Source: an uncultured Conexibacteraceae bacterium
GTDB lineage: Bacteria > Actinomycetota > Thermoleophilia > Solirubrobacterales > Solirubrobacteraceae
Assembly: GCA_963832195.1 (NCBI GenBank)
Contig: CAWHTH010000006.1
Span: 331,974-395,973 of the forward strand
Length of the DNA: 64,000 nt
Direction of reading: 5' to 3'
The notes below the pieces were generated by a model that saw only the letters and a list, made by a program, of their open reading frames with translations, had not been told where the DNA came from and made no database searches. A program made the translations under genes and the position numbers. Below, in pieces: positions 17,515-26,491 of the stretch; position 1 is the first letter of the stretch, and each line of letters starts with the position of its first letter.

Positions 17515-18705
17515 GTGGTTCCGCGGACGATCCTGTACACGGGCAAGGGCGGCGTCGGCAAGACGTCGGTCGCCGCGGCGACCGCGCGCCGCTGCGCCGC
17601 CGCCGGCCTGCGCACGATCGTGCTGAGCACGGACCCGGCGCACAGCCTCGCCGACGCGCTCGAGACACCGGTCGGATCGCAGCCGGCCCCGGCCGGCGAC
17701 GGGCTGTGGGCGCAGCAGGTCTCCGCGCAGGAGGAGATGGAGCACAACTGGTCCGCGGTGCAGGACTGGCTCGGGCAGATGCTCGTCGAGCGCGGGGTCG
17801 ACCTGATCAGCGCCGAGGAGCTCACGGTGCCGCCGGGACTGGACGAGCTGTTCAGCCTGCTGCAGCTCAAGCGCCACCACGACGAGGAGCAGTTCGAGGT
17901 CATCGTGGTCGACTGCGCCCCGACCGGCGAGACGCTGCGCCTGTTGTCGTTCCCCGACGTCGCGCGCTGGTGGCTCGAGAAGGTTTTCCCGCAGCAGGGC
18001 CGGATCATGGACGCGGCGCGCCCGCTGGCGCGCATGATGCTCGACGTCGCGCTCCCCGGCGAGGACGTCCTCGATGACGTCAACCGCCTCGTCCGCAACC
18101 TGATCGCGATGAACGAGATCCTGCGCGACAACGAGCGCGCATCGGTGCGGCTCGTGATGACGCCGGACCGCATGGTGATCGACGAGGCGCGGCGCACGTT
18201 CACGTACCTGAACCTCTACGGGTACCTGACCGACGCGGTCGTGGTGAACCGGGTCTTCCCGGCGGAGGTGGGCGCGTACTTCGCGGGCTGGCGCGAGCGC
18301 CAGCAGGAGCATCTGCTCGCGGTCGACGAGGCGTTCGGGCCGGTTCCGGTCCTGCGCGCGGCGTACTTCGAGGAGGAGGTCGTCGGGCCGGCGATGCTGG
18401 ATCGCCTGGGCGACGACCTGTTCGGCGAGACCGACGCCGCGGCGGTGCTGCACCAGTCGGTTTCGCAGCGGCTCGTGATGGGGCGTGACGAAGCGACGCT
18501 CCACCTCGACCTGCCGCTCGCCGACAAGGGCGACATCTCGCTGAAGAAGCTCGGCCTCGAGCTGATCGTGCGCGTCGACGGCTACAAGCGCACGCTCGTG
18601 CTGCCGGCGGCGCTCGGCGACTATCGTCCGACGGGCGCCACGTTCGCGGACGGCGCCCTCACCGTGAGCTTCGATCGCCCCGTGCCCGCCGATGCCCGCT
18701 CCTGA
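17515..18705 (+). CDS. ArsA/Get3-family ATPase with a C-terminal HSP20-like domain
   Basis: In-frame GTG at 17515. P-loop YTGKGGVGKTSVAAA, LSTDPAHSL, VVDCAPTGETLRLLSFP. The C-terminal beta-sandwich-like tail reads LHLDLPLADKGDISLKKLGLELIVRVDGYKRTLVLP. Confidence 0.88.
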   Translation: MVPRTILYTGKGGVGKTSVAAATARRCAAAGLRTIVLSTDPAHSLADALETPVGSQPAPAGDGLWAQQVSAQEEMEHNWSAVQDWLGQMLVERGVDLISAEELTVPPGLDELFSLLQLKRHHDEEQFEVIVVDCAPTGETLRLLSFPDVARWWLEKVFPQQGRIMDAARPLARMMLDVALPGEDVLDDVNRLVRNLIAMNEILRDNERASVRLVMTPDRMVIDEARRTFTYLNLYGYLTDAVVVNRVFPAEVGAYFAGWRERQQEHLLAVDEAFGPVPVLRAAYFEEEVVGPAMLDRLGDDLFGETDAAAVLHQSVSQRLVMGRDEATLHLDLPLADKGDISLKKLGLELIVRVDGYKRTLVLPAALGDYRPTGATFADGALTVSFDRPVPADARS

Positions 18706-19024
18706 CCCCCTCGACGAGCTCCGCGCCCGCGTACGCGCCACGCAGGAGGCCGCCGAGCGGCTGGCCGGCGAGTGGCACCCGCCGGGCAAGGGCTGGAGCT
18801 CGCACGAGCGCGACGACACGGTGCGCGAGATCCAGGCGCTCGCCGGGCTCGTCACGGCGCTGCGCGACCTCGTCCCGCCCGAGCTCTTCGACCAGCTCAA
18901 GGAGATCGTCCGTCAGCTGCTGCTGCTTGTGCGCGCGATCATCGACTGGTGGGTGGAGCGGATCGAGGCCGCGCCGGCACGCGGCTCGCGGCCACCGGAC
19001 GTGCAGGACATCCCGATCGCATGA
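18692..19024 (+). CDS. Hypothetical protein (110 aa), coupled to the ArsA-like gene
   Basis: Overlaps the ArsA-like stop by 14 nt and the next start by ATGA. Helical, non-shadow composition. No recognisable domain. Confidence 0.5.
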   Translation: MPAPDPLDELRARVRATQEAAERLAGEWHPPGKGWSSHERDDTVREIQALAGLVTALRDLVPPELFDQLKEIVRQLLLLVRAIIDWWVERIEAAPARGSRPPDVQDIPIA

Positions 19025-19626
19025 TCGGGCGCCTGCGCGCCGCGTTCAACGCCCTGCGCGCCGAGCAGCGGCAGGCGGCGGCAGCAGCGGTTGCGCTGTT
19101 CCTCTCGATGCTGCTGCCCTGGTACACGCGCGACAGCACCTACGTCGTGAAGGAGCGCCTCGTCACGACGGACACCGGGCTGAACGCGTTCGAGTCCTTC
19201 TCGTTCGTCGAGCTCGCGATCCTGCTCGTGGGGATCGGCGTGCTGGTCCTGCTCTTCTTCCGCGCCGATGGGCGGGCCTTTCATCTGCCGGGCGGCGACG
19301 GCACCGTGATCGGATGGGCCGGCATCTGGGCGTGCGTGCTGGTCTTCTACCGCTTCGTCGACAACAAGGACGGCCAAGAGGACCCCGCGCGCACCGTCGA
19401 CTACGGCGTCACGTGGGGGATCTTCGTGACGTTCCTCGTCGCCGCGTTCCTGGCGTACTCCGGCTGGCGCATCCGGGCAGCGCACATGGCTGAGCCGCCG
19501 CTGCCGGGCGACCCGCGGCCGCACGAGCATGAGCCGCCGCCGACGGTGCGCGCGCAGGCGGCCACCCGCCCGCGCCGGCCGCGGATCGATGGCGGCGAGC
19601 AGCTGACGTTCGACGAGCAGGAGTAG
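19021..19626 (+). CDS. Integral membrane protein (about 4 TM), unknown function
   Basis: In-frame ATG at 19021 (ATGA overlap). MIGRLRAAFNALRAEQRQAAAAAVALFLSMLLPWY.. with several hydrophobic segments and a Pro-rich tail. Confidence 0.6.
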   Translation: MIGRLRAAFNALRAEQRQAAAAAVALFLSMLLPWYTRDSTYVVKERLVTTDTGLNAFESFSFVELAILLVGIGVLVLLFFRADGRAFHLPGGDGTVIGWAGIWACVLVFYRFVDNKDGQEDPARTVDYGVTWGIFVTFLVAAFLAYSGWRIRAAHMAEPPLPGDPRPHEHEPPPTVRAQAATRPRRPRIDGGEQLTFDEQE

Positions 19627-19630
19627 CGCG

Positions 19631-20902
19631 GTGCACGCGCGCGTCGCAGGGTTCCTCGAGCAGGCGCGCACGCTGACGGCGGCGCGCCGCTTCGCCGAGG
19701 CGGAGGGCTTCGAGCGTCAAGCCCGATCCGTCGCCGAGGAGCTGCCGCAGCCGGCTGTCGACATGGCCGAGATCCTCGAGCAGACCGCCGAGCGCCTGAC
19801 CCGGCAGGGCGATGCGGATGGTGCCGATGCCGCGCTCAGCCAGGCGATCGAGGTCCACGAACGGCTCGGCACGACGACCCGCGAGGTCTACGAGCTGCAC
19901 TACATGCGCGCGCTGCTCTCGTTCGTTGCGGAGCGTCGCGACCGTGCCCTGAGCCAGGTCGACGCCGCGATCGCATTCGCCGAGCTCCACCTCGGCCAGT
20001 CATTCCAGCCGCTCGCGCGCGCCCACGAGCTGCGCGAGCGCTGTGTCACTGAGGGGACAGTCCCCTCAGTGACAACGCCGGCGTTCGAGGACGTGCTTGC
20101 CGAGCTCGACGAGCTGATCGGCCTCGCCGCGGTCAAGGAGCAGGTGCGCGCGTACGCGAGCTTCGTGCGGATCCAGAAGCTCCGCGCAGCCGCCGGCCAC
20201 CGGACGCCGGAGCTGACCTTTCATCTTTCTTTCGAGGGCCCGCCGGGCACCGGCAAGACGACCGTCGCCCGCCTGTTCGGGAAGCTGCTGCACTCGCTCG
20301 GCGCGCTCGAGCGCGGCCATCTCGTGGAGACGTCGCGCTCCGGGCTGGTCGCTGGCTACGTCGGCCAGACCGCGCCGCTGGTCGACAAGGTCGCGGACTC
20401 CGCGCTGGACGGCGTGCTGTTCATCGACGAGGCCTATGCCCTCGCTCCCGCGGGCAGCGCCGAGGACTTCGGCGACGAGGCGGTCAGCCAGCTGCTCGTG
20501 CGGATGGAGAACGACCGCGAGCGCCTGGCGGTCGTGCTCGCCGGCTATCCGGAGCCGATGGAGCAGCTGCTGTCCTCGAACCCCGGCCTCGAGAGCCGGA
20601 TCGCGGAGCGCATCCCGTTCCCGCACTACGAGCCGGCCGAGCTGGCGGCGATCTTCCGCCACTTCGTCGAGGAGTCCGATTACGACTTGTCCGAGGCGGC
20701 GTCACGGCGCGTCGACGAGATCGCGGCGCAGCTGCACGCGAACCGCGACGAGCGCTTCGGCAACGCCCGCGCGATGCGCAACCTGTTCGACGACGCGGTC
20801 GCCGCCCACGCATCGCGGCTCGTCGCCGCCGGCGTCGAGTCGGGCCCGGCGCTCAATCTGCTCGAGCCGGCCGACCTCGATGCGGCAGCATCCGAGCAGT
20901 GA
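19631..20902 (+). CDS. TPR-like N-domain plus single CbbX/SpoVK/EccA-type AAA+ ATPase
   Basis: 423 aa. Walker A GPPGTGKTTVARLFG, Walker B VLFIDEAYAL, LAGYPEPM, and the SpoVK/CbbX-type spacing. The 31-nt palindrome is embedded in the interdomain linker. Confidence 0.88.
   Translation: MHARVAGFLEQARTLTAARRFAEAEGFERQARSVAEELPQPAVDMAEILEQTAERLTRQGDADGADAALSQAIEVHERLGTTTREVYELHYMRALLSFVAERRDRALSQVDAAIAFAELHLGQSFQPLARAHELRERCVTEGTVPSVTTPAFEDVLAELDELIGLAAVKEQVRAYASFVRIQKLRAAAGHRTPELTFHLSFEGPPGTGKTTVARLFGKLLHSLGALERGHLVETSRSGLVAGYVGQTAPLVDKVADSALDGVLFIDEAYALAPAGSAEDFGDEAVSQLLVRMENDRERLAVVLAGYPEPMEQLLSSNPGLESRIAERIPFPHYEPAELAAIFRHFVEESDYDLSEAASRRVDEIAAQLHANRDERFGNARAMRNLFDDAVAAHASRLVAAGVESGPALNLLEPADLDAAASEQ
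20044..20074. repeat. 31-nt perfect palindrome TGTCACTGAGGGGACAGTCCCCTCAGTGACA (element copy a), in frame within the AAA+ gene
   Basis: Read directly. Encodes VTEGTVPSVT. Related copies at 24992-25022 (26/31 identical) and 37237-37267 (27/31 identical). Confidence 0.9.
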
Positions 20903-21309
20903 GCGACGCAGACCTCGAGGTCGTGAACCGGGTGTGGGAGGTGTACGAGCGCCTCGGCACCCTCGGAATGGTCGACTTGATCGCCCCAGACGCCGTCTTC
21001 GAGGAATACGGCGGCGGTCCGGAGGCCGCGACCTACGCCGGTCCCGACGGCTTTTTGCAGATGGCCGCCAAATGGGAGACCGACTTCGTCGGCTTGCGCT
21101 TCGTGCGGGTAGGCGACCACGTTGCCCTCGGCAGCGGATTCGTCGCGACGCCCGTGCGGATGGTGGGCAGCGGTCGCGCCAGCGGAGCCGTGGTCGAATG
21201 GGAATTGGTCCAGGGCAACCGCGTGCAGGATGGGCTGCTCACGAACCAGTTCTACGGCGACGACCTCGACGCGATCCGCGCGCGGATGGCCGAGCTACTC
21301 GCCGGCTAG
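20899..21309 (+). CDS. NTF2-like (SnoaL-like) protein
   Basis: 136 aa. GTGA overlap with the AAA+ stop. Pattern VVNRVWEVYE....MVDLIAPDAVFEE... Confidence 0.65.
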   Translation: MSDADLEVVNRVWEVYERLGTLGMVDLIAPDAVFEEYGGGPEAATYAGPDGFLQMAAKWETDFVGLRFVRVGDHVALGSGFVATPVRMVGSGRASGAVVEWELVQGNRVQDGLLTNQFYGDDLDAIRARMAELLAG

Positions 21310-22083
21310 GCGCGCGGCGCCGTCGTGAGGCCGCCGTCGGCGATGAGGCACTGGCCGGTCACATACGACGCTTCCGCCGACAGGAGAAACAGCGCCGCGC
21401 TGGCGACCTCCCATGCGGTGCCCTGGCGTCCGAGCGGGATCTTCACCTGCTCGCGCCGGGCACTTAATCGAGAGGCGGCACGGCCGAGGGGCGTGTCGAT
21501 CAGGCCGGGGTGCAGGACGTTCACGCGGACGCCCGGTGCACCCTCGGCGGCCGCCTGGCGACAGAGCGACTCCAGCGCGGCCTTCGACGCGCCGTATGCG
21601 GGCCAGGGCATCACCTCCCGCGCCGCGACCGAGCCGATCAGGACGATCGCGCCGCCCTCGGCCATCGCCACAAGGCCGTGCTTGCAGCCGGGGAAATGCG
21701 ACCTCAGGTTGACGGCCAACACGCGGTCCCAGTCCTCCACGCTGGTGCCCCGCAGCGCGAAGCCCGCCCCGACGCCGACGTTGAGCACGACGCCGTCGAT
21801 TCCGCCGAGCGCCTCCTGCGCGCCCGCGAACATCGCCTCCGAGGCGGCCGCGTCGGGCGGCGTCGGCGACGAGCACGACAGCTCGTCCGCCTTCCTCCTC
21901 GACGAGGTCCGCCGTGGCCCGCGCGCTCGCCTCGTCGATGTCCGCGACCGCCACCCCGGCGCCCTCGCGCGCGAACAGGACGCACATCGCCCGGCCGTTG
22001 CCGATCGGCGGGTCGTCGAGCCCGTAGTCCTGCTGGCCACCTCCGACGACGAGGATGCACCGCCCCTCGAGACGTCCCGGCAT
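21306..22083 (-). pseudogene. Short-chain dehydrogenase/reductase with an apparent +1 frameshift (or sequencing indel)
   Basis: N-terminal 75 aa are in the frame of ORF 21295..22083 (ILVVGGGQ..GNGRAMCVLFAREGAGVAVADID..AVVLVADAA). The rest is in the frame of ORF 21306..22040 (DAAASEAMFAGAQEALGGIDGVVLNVGVG..YGASKAALESL..). Removing one G from the GGG at 21855-21857 joins them. Confidence 0.8.
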
Positions 22084-23822
22084 CAGTCCTCGAACAGCGC
22101 GTAGCCGTAGGCGCCGCGCTTGTACGCCAGGCGCGCGATCGAGTGCTGGCGGTCGTCGTCGTTGTCCGACAGACGGCGCAGCTCCGACCGCACGCGCCCC
22201 GCCGCGCGTGTGCAGAACGTGTCCGCGATGTAGCGCTCCTGGCCGCTGGCCTCGACGCCCTGGTCCTCGAAGATCGCCGTGACGCGCGAGAGGACGGCGA
22301 TCTGGGCCAGGATGTCGCTCAGCGCGCTCGAGTAGCGCTTGTGCGACAGGCCCTGGTTGATGACGTCCTTGCCGTGCCTGCGCAGCAGCGCCTCGCCGCA
22401 GTCGCGCAGCTGCTTGACCTGGTCGCCGACGGCGTCGGCCAGCTTGTCTACCTCAGGGTGCGCCTTGCTGATGCGATCCGGCCGCACCTCGCGCTTGACG
22501 CGCCCGAACGCGTACTCGGCGATCGTCCCGAGCGCCCCGATCGGGTTCGTCAAGTCCAGATCGCCGAGCTCCTTGAGCTCCTCCCCCAGCGGCTTGAGCG
22601 CGGTCAGCGCGATGTACGAGCGCATCACGTCGTTGGCGCCCTCGAAGATCGGGAAGATGCGGATGTCGCGGACGATCTGCTCGTACGGCTCGTCGCGCAT
22701 GTAGCCCTTGCCGCCCGCGAGCTGGAGCGCACGATTCGCCGCGTACCAGACGAACTCGGTGCCGGTGACCTTGCAGATCGCCGACTCGATCGCGTAGTCC
22801 TCGATGCCGGCGTCGACCATGCCGGTCGTCATGTAGGCCATCGACTCGAGGCCGAACAGGTAGCTCACCATCCAGGCGATCTTGTCCTCGACCATGTCGA
22901 AGTCCGCGAGCGGCTTGCCGAACTGGCGCCGCGTCGTGACGTGGTCGATCGTGAGGTCGATCAGCCGCTTGGCGAGGCCGACCGAGCCCGTCCCGAGGCC
23001 GATGCGCCCGTTGTTGAGGACATGCATCGCGATCTTGAAGCCATCGCCGGGCTCGCCGAGGACGTTCTCGGGCGGCACGCGCACGTCGTTGAAGCGCACC
23101 GGGCAGAGGTGGTTGCCGCGCAGCCCCATCGTGTCGTAGCGCGGGCCGGATTGGTCGAGGCCGTCCATCCCCTTCTCGAGGATCAGCGCGATGTGGCTGT
23201 CCTTGCCGTCGATCTCGCAGCGCGCGAACGTGCACAGCACGTGGCCGCGGCAGCCGTTGCCGATCCACCGCTTCTCGCCGTTGAGGACCCAGGACCCGTC
23301 CGGCTGCTTCACCGCGCGGCTTTGGATGTTGTAGGCGTCCGACCCCGCCTCGGGCTCGGTCAGCGCGAAGGCCGCCAGCTTGCGGCCGCTCACGAGGTCC
23401 GGCAGGAACCGCTCCTTCTGCTCGTCCGTGCCATACAGCGAGATGCCCTTGAGGCCGATCGACTGGTGCACCCCCAGCGCGATCGTCAGCGAGCCGTCGA
23501 CCTGGCCGATCGCCTCGAAAACGCGCGCGTAGCCGGTCTGGCTGAGGCCCTGGCCCCCGTACTGCTCGTCGACGTACAGGCCCATCACGCCGATCTCGCC
23601 GAGGTCGCGGAAGACCTTGTCGTCGATCTTTCCTGTCTCGTCGATCTCGCGGGAGTTGATGTTCGCGGCCGCGTACGCGCGGAAGTCCTTGATCAGGCGC
23701 CGGACCTTCTCGGCCTCCTCGCCGCGCGGGATCGGATAGGGGAAGACGATGTCCTCGTGGATCTCGCCGAGCGCGAGAGCCTTGGAGAAACTCGAGACAG
23801 CGGTGGGGGCATCGACGCTCAT
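22083..23822 (-). CDS. Long (VLCAD/ACAD9-like) acyl-CoA dehydrogenase
   Basis: 579 aa with ALTEPEAGSDA, EKRWIGNG, IFPIFEGANDV and an extra C-terminal helical domain. The stop overlaps the SDR start by 1 nt. Confidence 0.92.
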   Translation of the reverse strand: MSVDAPTAVSSFSKALALGEIHEDIVFPYPIPRGEEAEKVRRLIKDFRAYAAANINSREIDETGKIDDKVFRDLGEIGVMGLYVDEQYGGQGLSQTGYARVFEAIGQVDGSLTIALGVHQSIGLKGISLYGTDEQKERFLPDLVSGRKLAAFALTEPEAGSDAYNIQSRAVKQPDGSWVLNGEKRWIGNGCRGHVLCTFARCEIDGKDSHIALILEKGMDGLDQSGPRYDTMGLRGNHLCPVRFNDVRVPPENVLGEPGDGFKIAMHVLNNGRIGLGTGSVGLAKRLIDLTIDHVTTRRQFGKPLADFDMVEDKIAWMVSYLFGLESMAYMTTGMVDAGIEDYAIESAICKVTGTEFVWYAANRALQLAGGKGYMRDEPYEQIVRDIRIFPIFEGANDVMRSYIALTALKPLGEELKELGDLDLTNPIGALGTIAEYAFGRVKREVRPDRISKAHPEVDKLADAVGDQVKQLRDCGEALLRRHGKDVINQGLSHKRYSSALSDILAQIAVLSRVTAIFEDQGVEASGQERYIADTFCTRAAGRVRSELRRLSDNDDDRQHSIARLAYKRGAYGYALFED

Positions 23823-23837
23823 ACGCCGACCCTACCC

Positions 23838-24086
23838 CTAGAACGGCGTGTCGAAGTCCTCCTTCGGGCGCGGGTCCGTCTCGTCGCCCTGGAACGCCGC
23901 GAGGCCGCCGAGGATCATCAGCAGCGTGGCCAGAAAAAGGATCGCGATCCCGGTCGCGACCACGCGCGGGCTGCGGGCGATGTGGCCCATGATCGCGACG
24001 ACGACGCCCATCGCCATCAGGCCGAGCACGGGCGCGGCGGGCACGTCCCCGGAGGCGGCGATCACGAGCGCCGCATCGATGACCAT
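23838..24086 (-). CDS. Small two-TM membrane protein
   Basis: 82 aa with two clear hydrophobic helices. 15 nt upstream of the acyl-CoA dehydrogenase start. Confidence 0.45.
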   Translation of the reverse strand: MVIDAALVIAASGDVPAAPVLGLMAMGVVVAIMGHIARSPRVVATGIAILFLATLLMILGGLAAFQGDETDPRPKEDFDTPF

Positions 24087-24112
24087 CGCGGCATCCTAGA
24101 ATTCCGCGCCCG

Positions 24113-24994
24113 ATGCCCGTCGAGCCCGCATCCGTCGAGGAAGTCGCCGCAGGCCTGCGCGCCACCGGCTACCTGCCTGGTGAATCGACCGCGCTCGTCA
24201 GCTTCCTGGCCGCGAAGCTCGGCAAGCCGATCCTCGTCGAGGGTCCCGCGGGCGTTGGGAAGACCGAGCTGGCCAAGGCGCTGGGCCGTTACCTGAAGCG
24301 CACCGTCATTCGCCTGCAGTGCTACGAGGGCCTCGACGAGGCGAAGGCCCTGTACGAGTGGAACTACCGCAAGCAGCTGCTGCGCATCCAGGCCGAGCGC
24401 GAGGGCACCGGCTGGGACGAGGTCCAGGACGACATCTTCGGCGAGGAGTTCCTGCTCCAGCGCCCGCTGATGACCGCGATCTCGTCCGCCGAGCCCGTCG
24501 TCCTGCTGATCGACGAGATCGACAAGACGGACCAGGAGTTCGAGGCGATGCTCCTGGAGGTCCTCAGCGACTTCCAGATCTCGATCCCGGAGCTCGGCCG
24601 GATCGAGGCGCGCACGCAGCCGGTCGTGCTGCTCACCTCGAACAACACGCGCGAGCTGACCGAGGCGCTCAAGCGCCGCTGCCTCTACCTCTGGCTCGAC
24701 TACCCCTCGCTGGAGCACGAGCTCGCGATCGTGCGGCTGCACACACCCGAGCTGCCCGACACCGTCGCGCGCAAGCTTGTCGAGGTGATCGCGATGGTGC
24801 GCGACCTCGACCTCAAGAAGCCGCCGAGCATCGCCGAGTCGATCGACTGGGCGCGCGCGCTGCTGCTCCTCGGCGCCCAGGACATCGATGCCCAGATGTT
24901 CACCGACACGATGTCGCTCATCGTCAAGCACCGAACCGACCTCGACGTCGTCGCCGAGCGGGTCGGAGTAAAGCTCGGTGCCCCCCTCGTCTGA
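24113..24994 (+). CDS. MoxR-family (CoxD-like) AAA+ ATPase
   Basis: 293 aa. Walker A LVEGPAGVGKTELAKA, Walker B VVLLIDEIDK, LTSNNTRELTEALKRRC. Confidence 0.92.
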   Translation: MPVEPASVEEVAAGLRATGYLPGESTALVSFLAAKLGKPILVEGPAGVGKTELAKALGRYLKRTVIRLQCYEGLDEAKALYEWNYRKQLLRIQAEREGTGWDEVQDDIFGEEFLLQRPLMTAISSAEPVVLLIDEIDKTDQEFEAMLLEVLSDFQISIPELGRIEARTQPVVLLTSNNTRELTEALKRRCLYLWLDYPSLEHELAIVRLHTPELPDTVARKLVEVIAMVRDLDLKKPPSIAESIDWARALLLLGAQDIDAQMFTDTMSLIVKHRTDLDVVAERVGVKLGAPLV

Positions 24995-25022
24995 CACTCA
25001 GGGGCCTGTCCCCCCAGTGACA
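24992..25022. repeat. 31-nt palindromic element copy b (TGACACTCAGGGGCCTGTCCCCCCAGTGACA)
   Basis: Begins on the MoxR TGA stop. Same length as copy a and 26/31 identical to it. In the frame of ORF 24978 it encodes DTQGPVPPVT. Confidence 0.8.
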
Positions 25023-25128
25023 CGGGGGCTGGCCGCCCGCCTGCTCGAGTTCGGCGAGGAGCTGCGCGCGCGAGGGCGTCGCGCTCGGCACCAGCGAGCT
25101 GCTCGACGCGTTCCAGGTCCTCGAGCAC

Positions 25129-26382
25129 GTGCCCTGGGCGATACCCGAGGACTTCCGCGAAGCCCTGTCGGCGACGCTCGCCAAGTCGCCCGAGGACCGG
25201 CGCGTCTTCGAGCTCGTGTTCGACCGCTTCTTCTTCCGCGCCGCCGAGCTGGCGGCCGTGCGCGAGGGTGTCCAGGAGGGCGGCGGGATATCCCCCGAGG
25301 ACGCCGGCCAGCTCAACATCGAGGAGCTCAAGCGCCAGATCGCGGCAGCGATCCGCGACGGCAACGAGGGCGCCATGCGCGACCTCGCGCGGCTGGCGAT
25401 CGCGGCGTTCGGGCGTCAGGGCGAGGGGTCGGGCGTCATCGGCGTCGACGTGCAGCGCATCCGGCGCGCACTGCAGCTGCGCGGCGACCCGCAGCCGGAC
25501 CTCTCGCCCGAGGATCCGCGCCGCGACGGACTTCCGCGCGACGAGATCCGCCGCTTCGAGGCGATGCTGCGACAGGAGCTCGAGCGCTCTCAGATCGAGC
25601 GCACCGAGACGCTTCCGCCCGCCCGCCCGCTGAACGAGCTCGACCGCGCGCTGCCCTCAGGGCCGCTGCAGGACCTGGCCGCGGTGCACCGCGTCGTGGC
25701 GCAGCTCAAGCGCAGGCTCAAGACGCAGGGCCAGGAGCAGCGCGGGCGCAAGCGCCGCGCCGCCGTCGACATGCGCAAGACGATGCGCGCGTCGCTCGAG
25801 TACGGCGGCGTCCCCGTGGTCATCAAGTCCAAGCCGATCCGCCCGCGGCGGCCGGAGATCTTCGTCCTCTGCGACGTGTCGACCTCGGTGACCAGCGCTT
25901 CGGTCTTCTTCCTGAGCGTGCTCCACGCGCTCCACGACGCGTTTCGCAAGATGCGCTCCTTCGTGTTCATCGAGCGCATCAGCGAGGTCACCGACATCTT
26001 CGAGAAGGAGCGCGACTTCAAGGCCGTCTCGGAGGCGATCGGCCGCGACGCGGGCGTCGCCGACATCAGCGGATACACCGACTACGGACGCGTCTGGAGC
26101 GAGTTCCGCGAGCAGGTGGAGGACGAACTGCACCCGCGCGCGACGGTGATCGTGCTCGGTGACGCGCGCACGAACGGCCGCGACCCGCGCGCCGACATCT
26201 TCGCCCAGGTCGCCGAGAAGGCCGGCCGCACGTTCTGGCTCAATCCCGAACCACGGCTGTACTGGAACTACGGTGACTCCGTGATCGCGGCCTACGAACA
26301 GCACTGCGAGGCCTACGAGTGCTGGACGACGAGCCACCTCGAGGAGTTCGTCAAGGCGCTCACGCGGCCGATCCACCGCTAG
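25129..26382 (+). CDS. VWA-domain (CoxE-like) partner of the MoxR ATPase. The conserved N-terminus lies upstream in another frame.
   Basis: 417 aa listed ORF. MIDAS motif FVLCDVSTSVTSAS. Upstream, the frame of ORF 24978 reads GLAARLLEFGEELRARG and this frame continues VALGTSELLDAFQVLEHV. Together they form the usual CoxE-like N-terminus (see finding). Confidence 0.85.
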   Translation: MPWAIPEDFREALSATLAKSPEDRRVFELVFDRFFFRAAELAAVREGVQEGGGISPEDAGQLNIEELKRQIAAAIRDGNEGAMRDLARLAIAAFGRQGEGSGVIGVDVQRIRRALQLRGDPQPDLSPEDPRRDGLPRDEIRRFEAMLRQELERSQIERTETLPPARPLNELDRALPSGPLQDLAAVHRVVAQLKRRLKTQGQEQRGRKRRAAVDMRKTMRASLEYGGVPVVIKSKPIRPRRPEIFVLCDVSTSVTSASVFFLSVLHALHDAFRKMRSFVFIERISEVTDIFEKERDFKAVSEAIGRDAGVADISGYTDYGRVWSEFREQVEDELHPRATVIVLGDARTNGRDPRADIFAQVAEKAGRTFWLNPEPRLYWNYGDSVIAAYEQHCEAYECWTTSHLEEFVKALTRPIHR

Positions 26383-26397
26383 GATCGCCAAAAGTCG

Positions 26398-26490
26398 AAT
26401 CAGGGGGGCTCGCGGAAGCGGGCTGAGATAGCGCCTCCGGATCCCGGCGCTGACCCTTCGAACCTGTGCGGTAATGCGCGCGGAGGGAGC
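26398..26490 (+). promoter_or_regulatory. TPP (THI-box) riboswitch
   Basis: CAGGGGGGCUCGCGGAAGCGGGCUGAGAUAGCGCC...GCGCUGACCCUUCGAACCUGUGCGGUAAUGCGCGCGGAGGGAG contains the conserved CUGAGA, ACCCUU.GAACCUG and GGUAAUGC...GGAGGGA blocks. The GGAGGGAG RBS is part of the 3' end. Downstream is a thiamine-precursor-type ABC importer. Confidence 0.85.
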
Positions 26491-26491
26491 G

